DNA from: Lama glama
Taxonomy: Eukaryota
Length of the DNA: 64,000 nucleotides
Assembly: GCA_028534125.1 (NCBI GenBank)
Contig: CM052817.1
Location: 73,410,001-73,474,000, forward strand
Reading direction: 5' to 3'
Part shown: piece after piece, positions 63,793 to 64,000 of the stretch
How positions within the stretch are numbered: position 1 is the stretch's first letter
How the letters are laid out: every line of letters starts with the position of its first letter
The notes under the pieces: model-generated
The model's input: the letters and a program-made list of their open reading frames with translations, nothing else
What the model was told of the DNA's origin: nothing
The model's database searches: none
Program-made: the position numbers and the translations under genes

Positions 63793-64000
63793 TCATAGAG
63801 TAAAAATATTTTCTAGTATTTTAAGCTTGTCAAATAGAAATGATTTCAATTACAGTTCTTGAATTCTATAAGTGCTTTTTCTCTTGAAGTACTCATTCAA
63901 AAAGATAAACTTTAAATTCACTACAACACTAGGTCTGCTTTCTTTATGGGAGGCATTGGCCTCTTTTCCCTTTGGGGAGACTGGTGTATGATGTTGCTTT

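Overview
This is AT-rich, repeat-dense mammalian non-coding DNA. It is most likely camelid (alpaca/camel), inferred from seven copies of a tRNA-Ala-derived SINE resembling the camelid vic-1 family and from young cetartiodactyl-type L1 3' ends. I found no intact protein-coding gene. The window looks like the interior of a long intron or 5' region of a gene probably transcribed on the + strand; L1 and LTR insertions are mostly antisense, and candidate donor sites lie at about 7-9 kb. The only gene-derived sequence is a minus-strand processed pseudogene (12073-13539, perfect 15-bp TSD). It copies a short, strongly diverged cTAGE/MIA2-like mRNA with its own 3' UTR, which implies an expressed ~209-aa parent elsewhere in the genome. 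The rest is L1, L2, L3/CR1, MIR, MLT1, ERV1 LTRs, hAT/Tigger DNA transposon relics, microsatellites and one 500-N assembly gap inside an L1. Other points of note are a probable L1 3' transduction, a solo LTR with an internal second PPT/att start, nested insertions and short tandem duplications. Repeat subfamily names come from recalled consensus sequences and need RepeatMasker/Dfam confirmation. There is no evidence of CRISPR, rRNA or a prokaryotic-type system.
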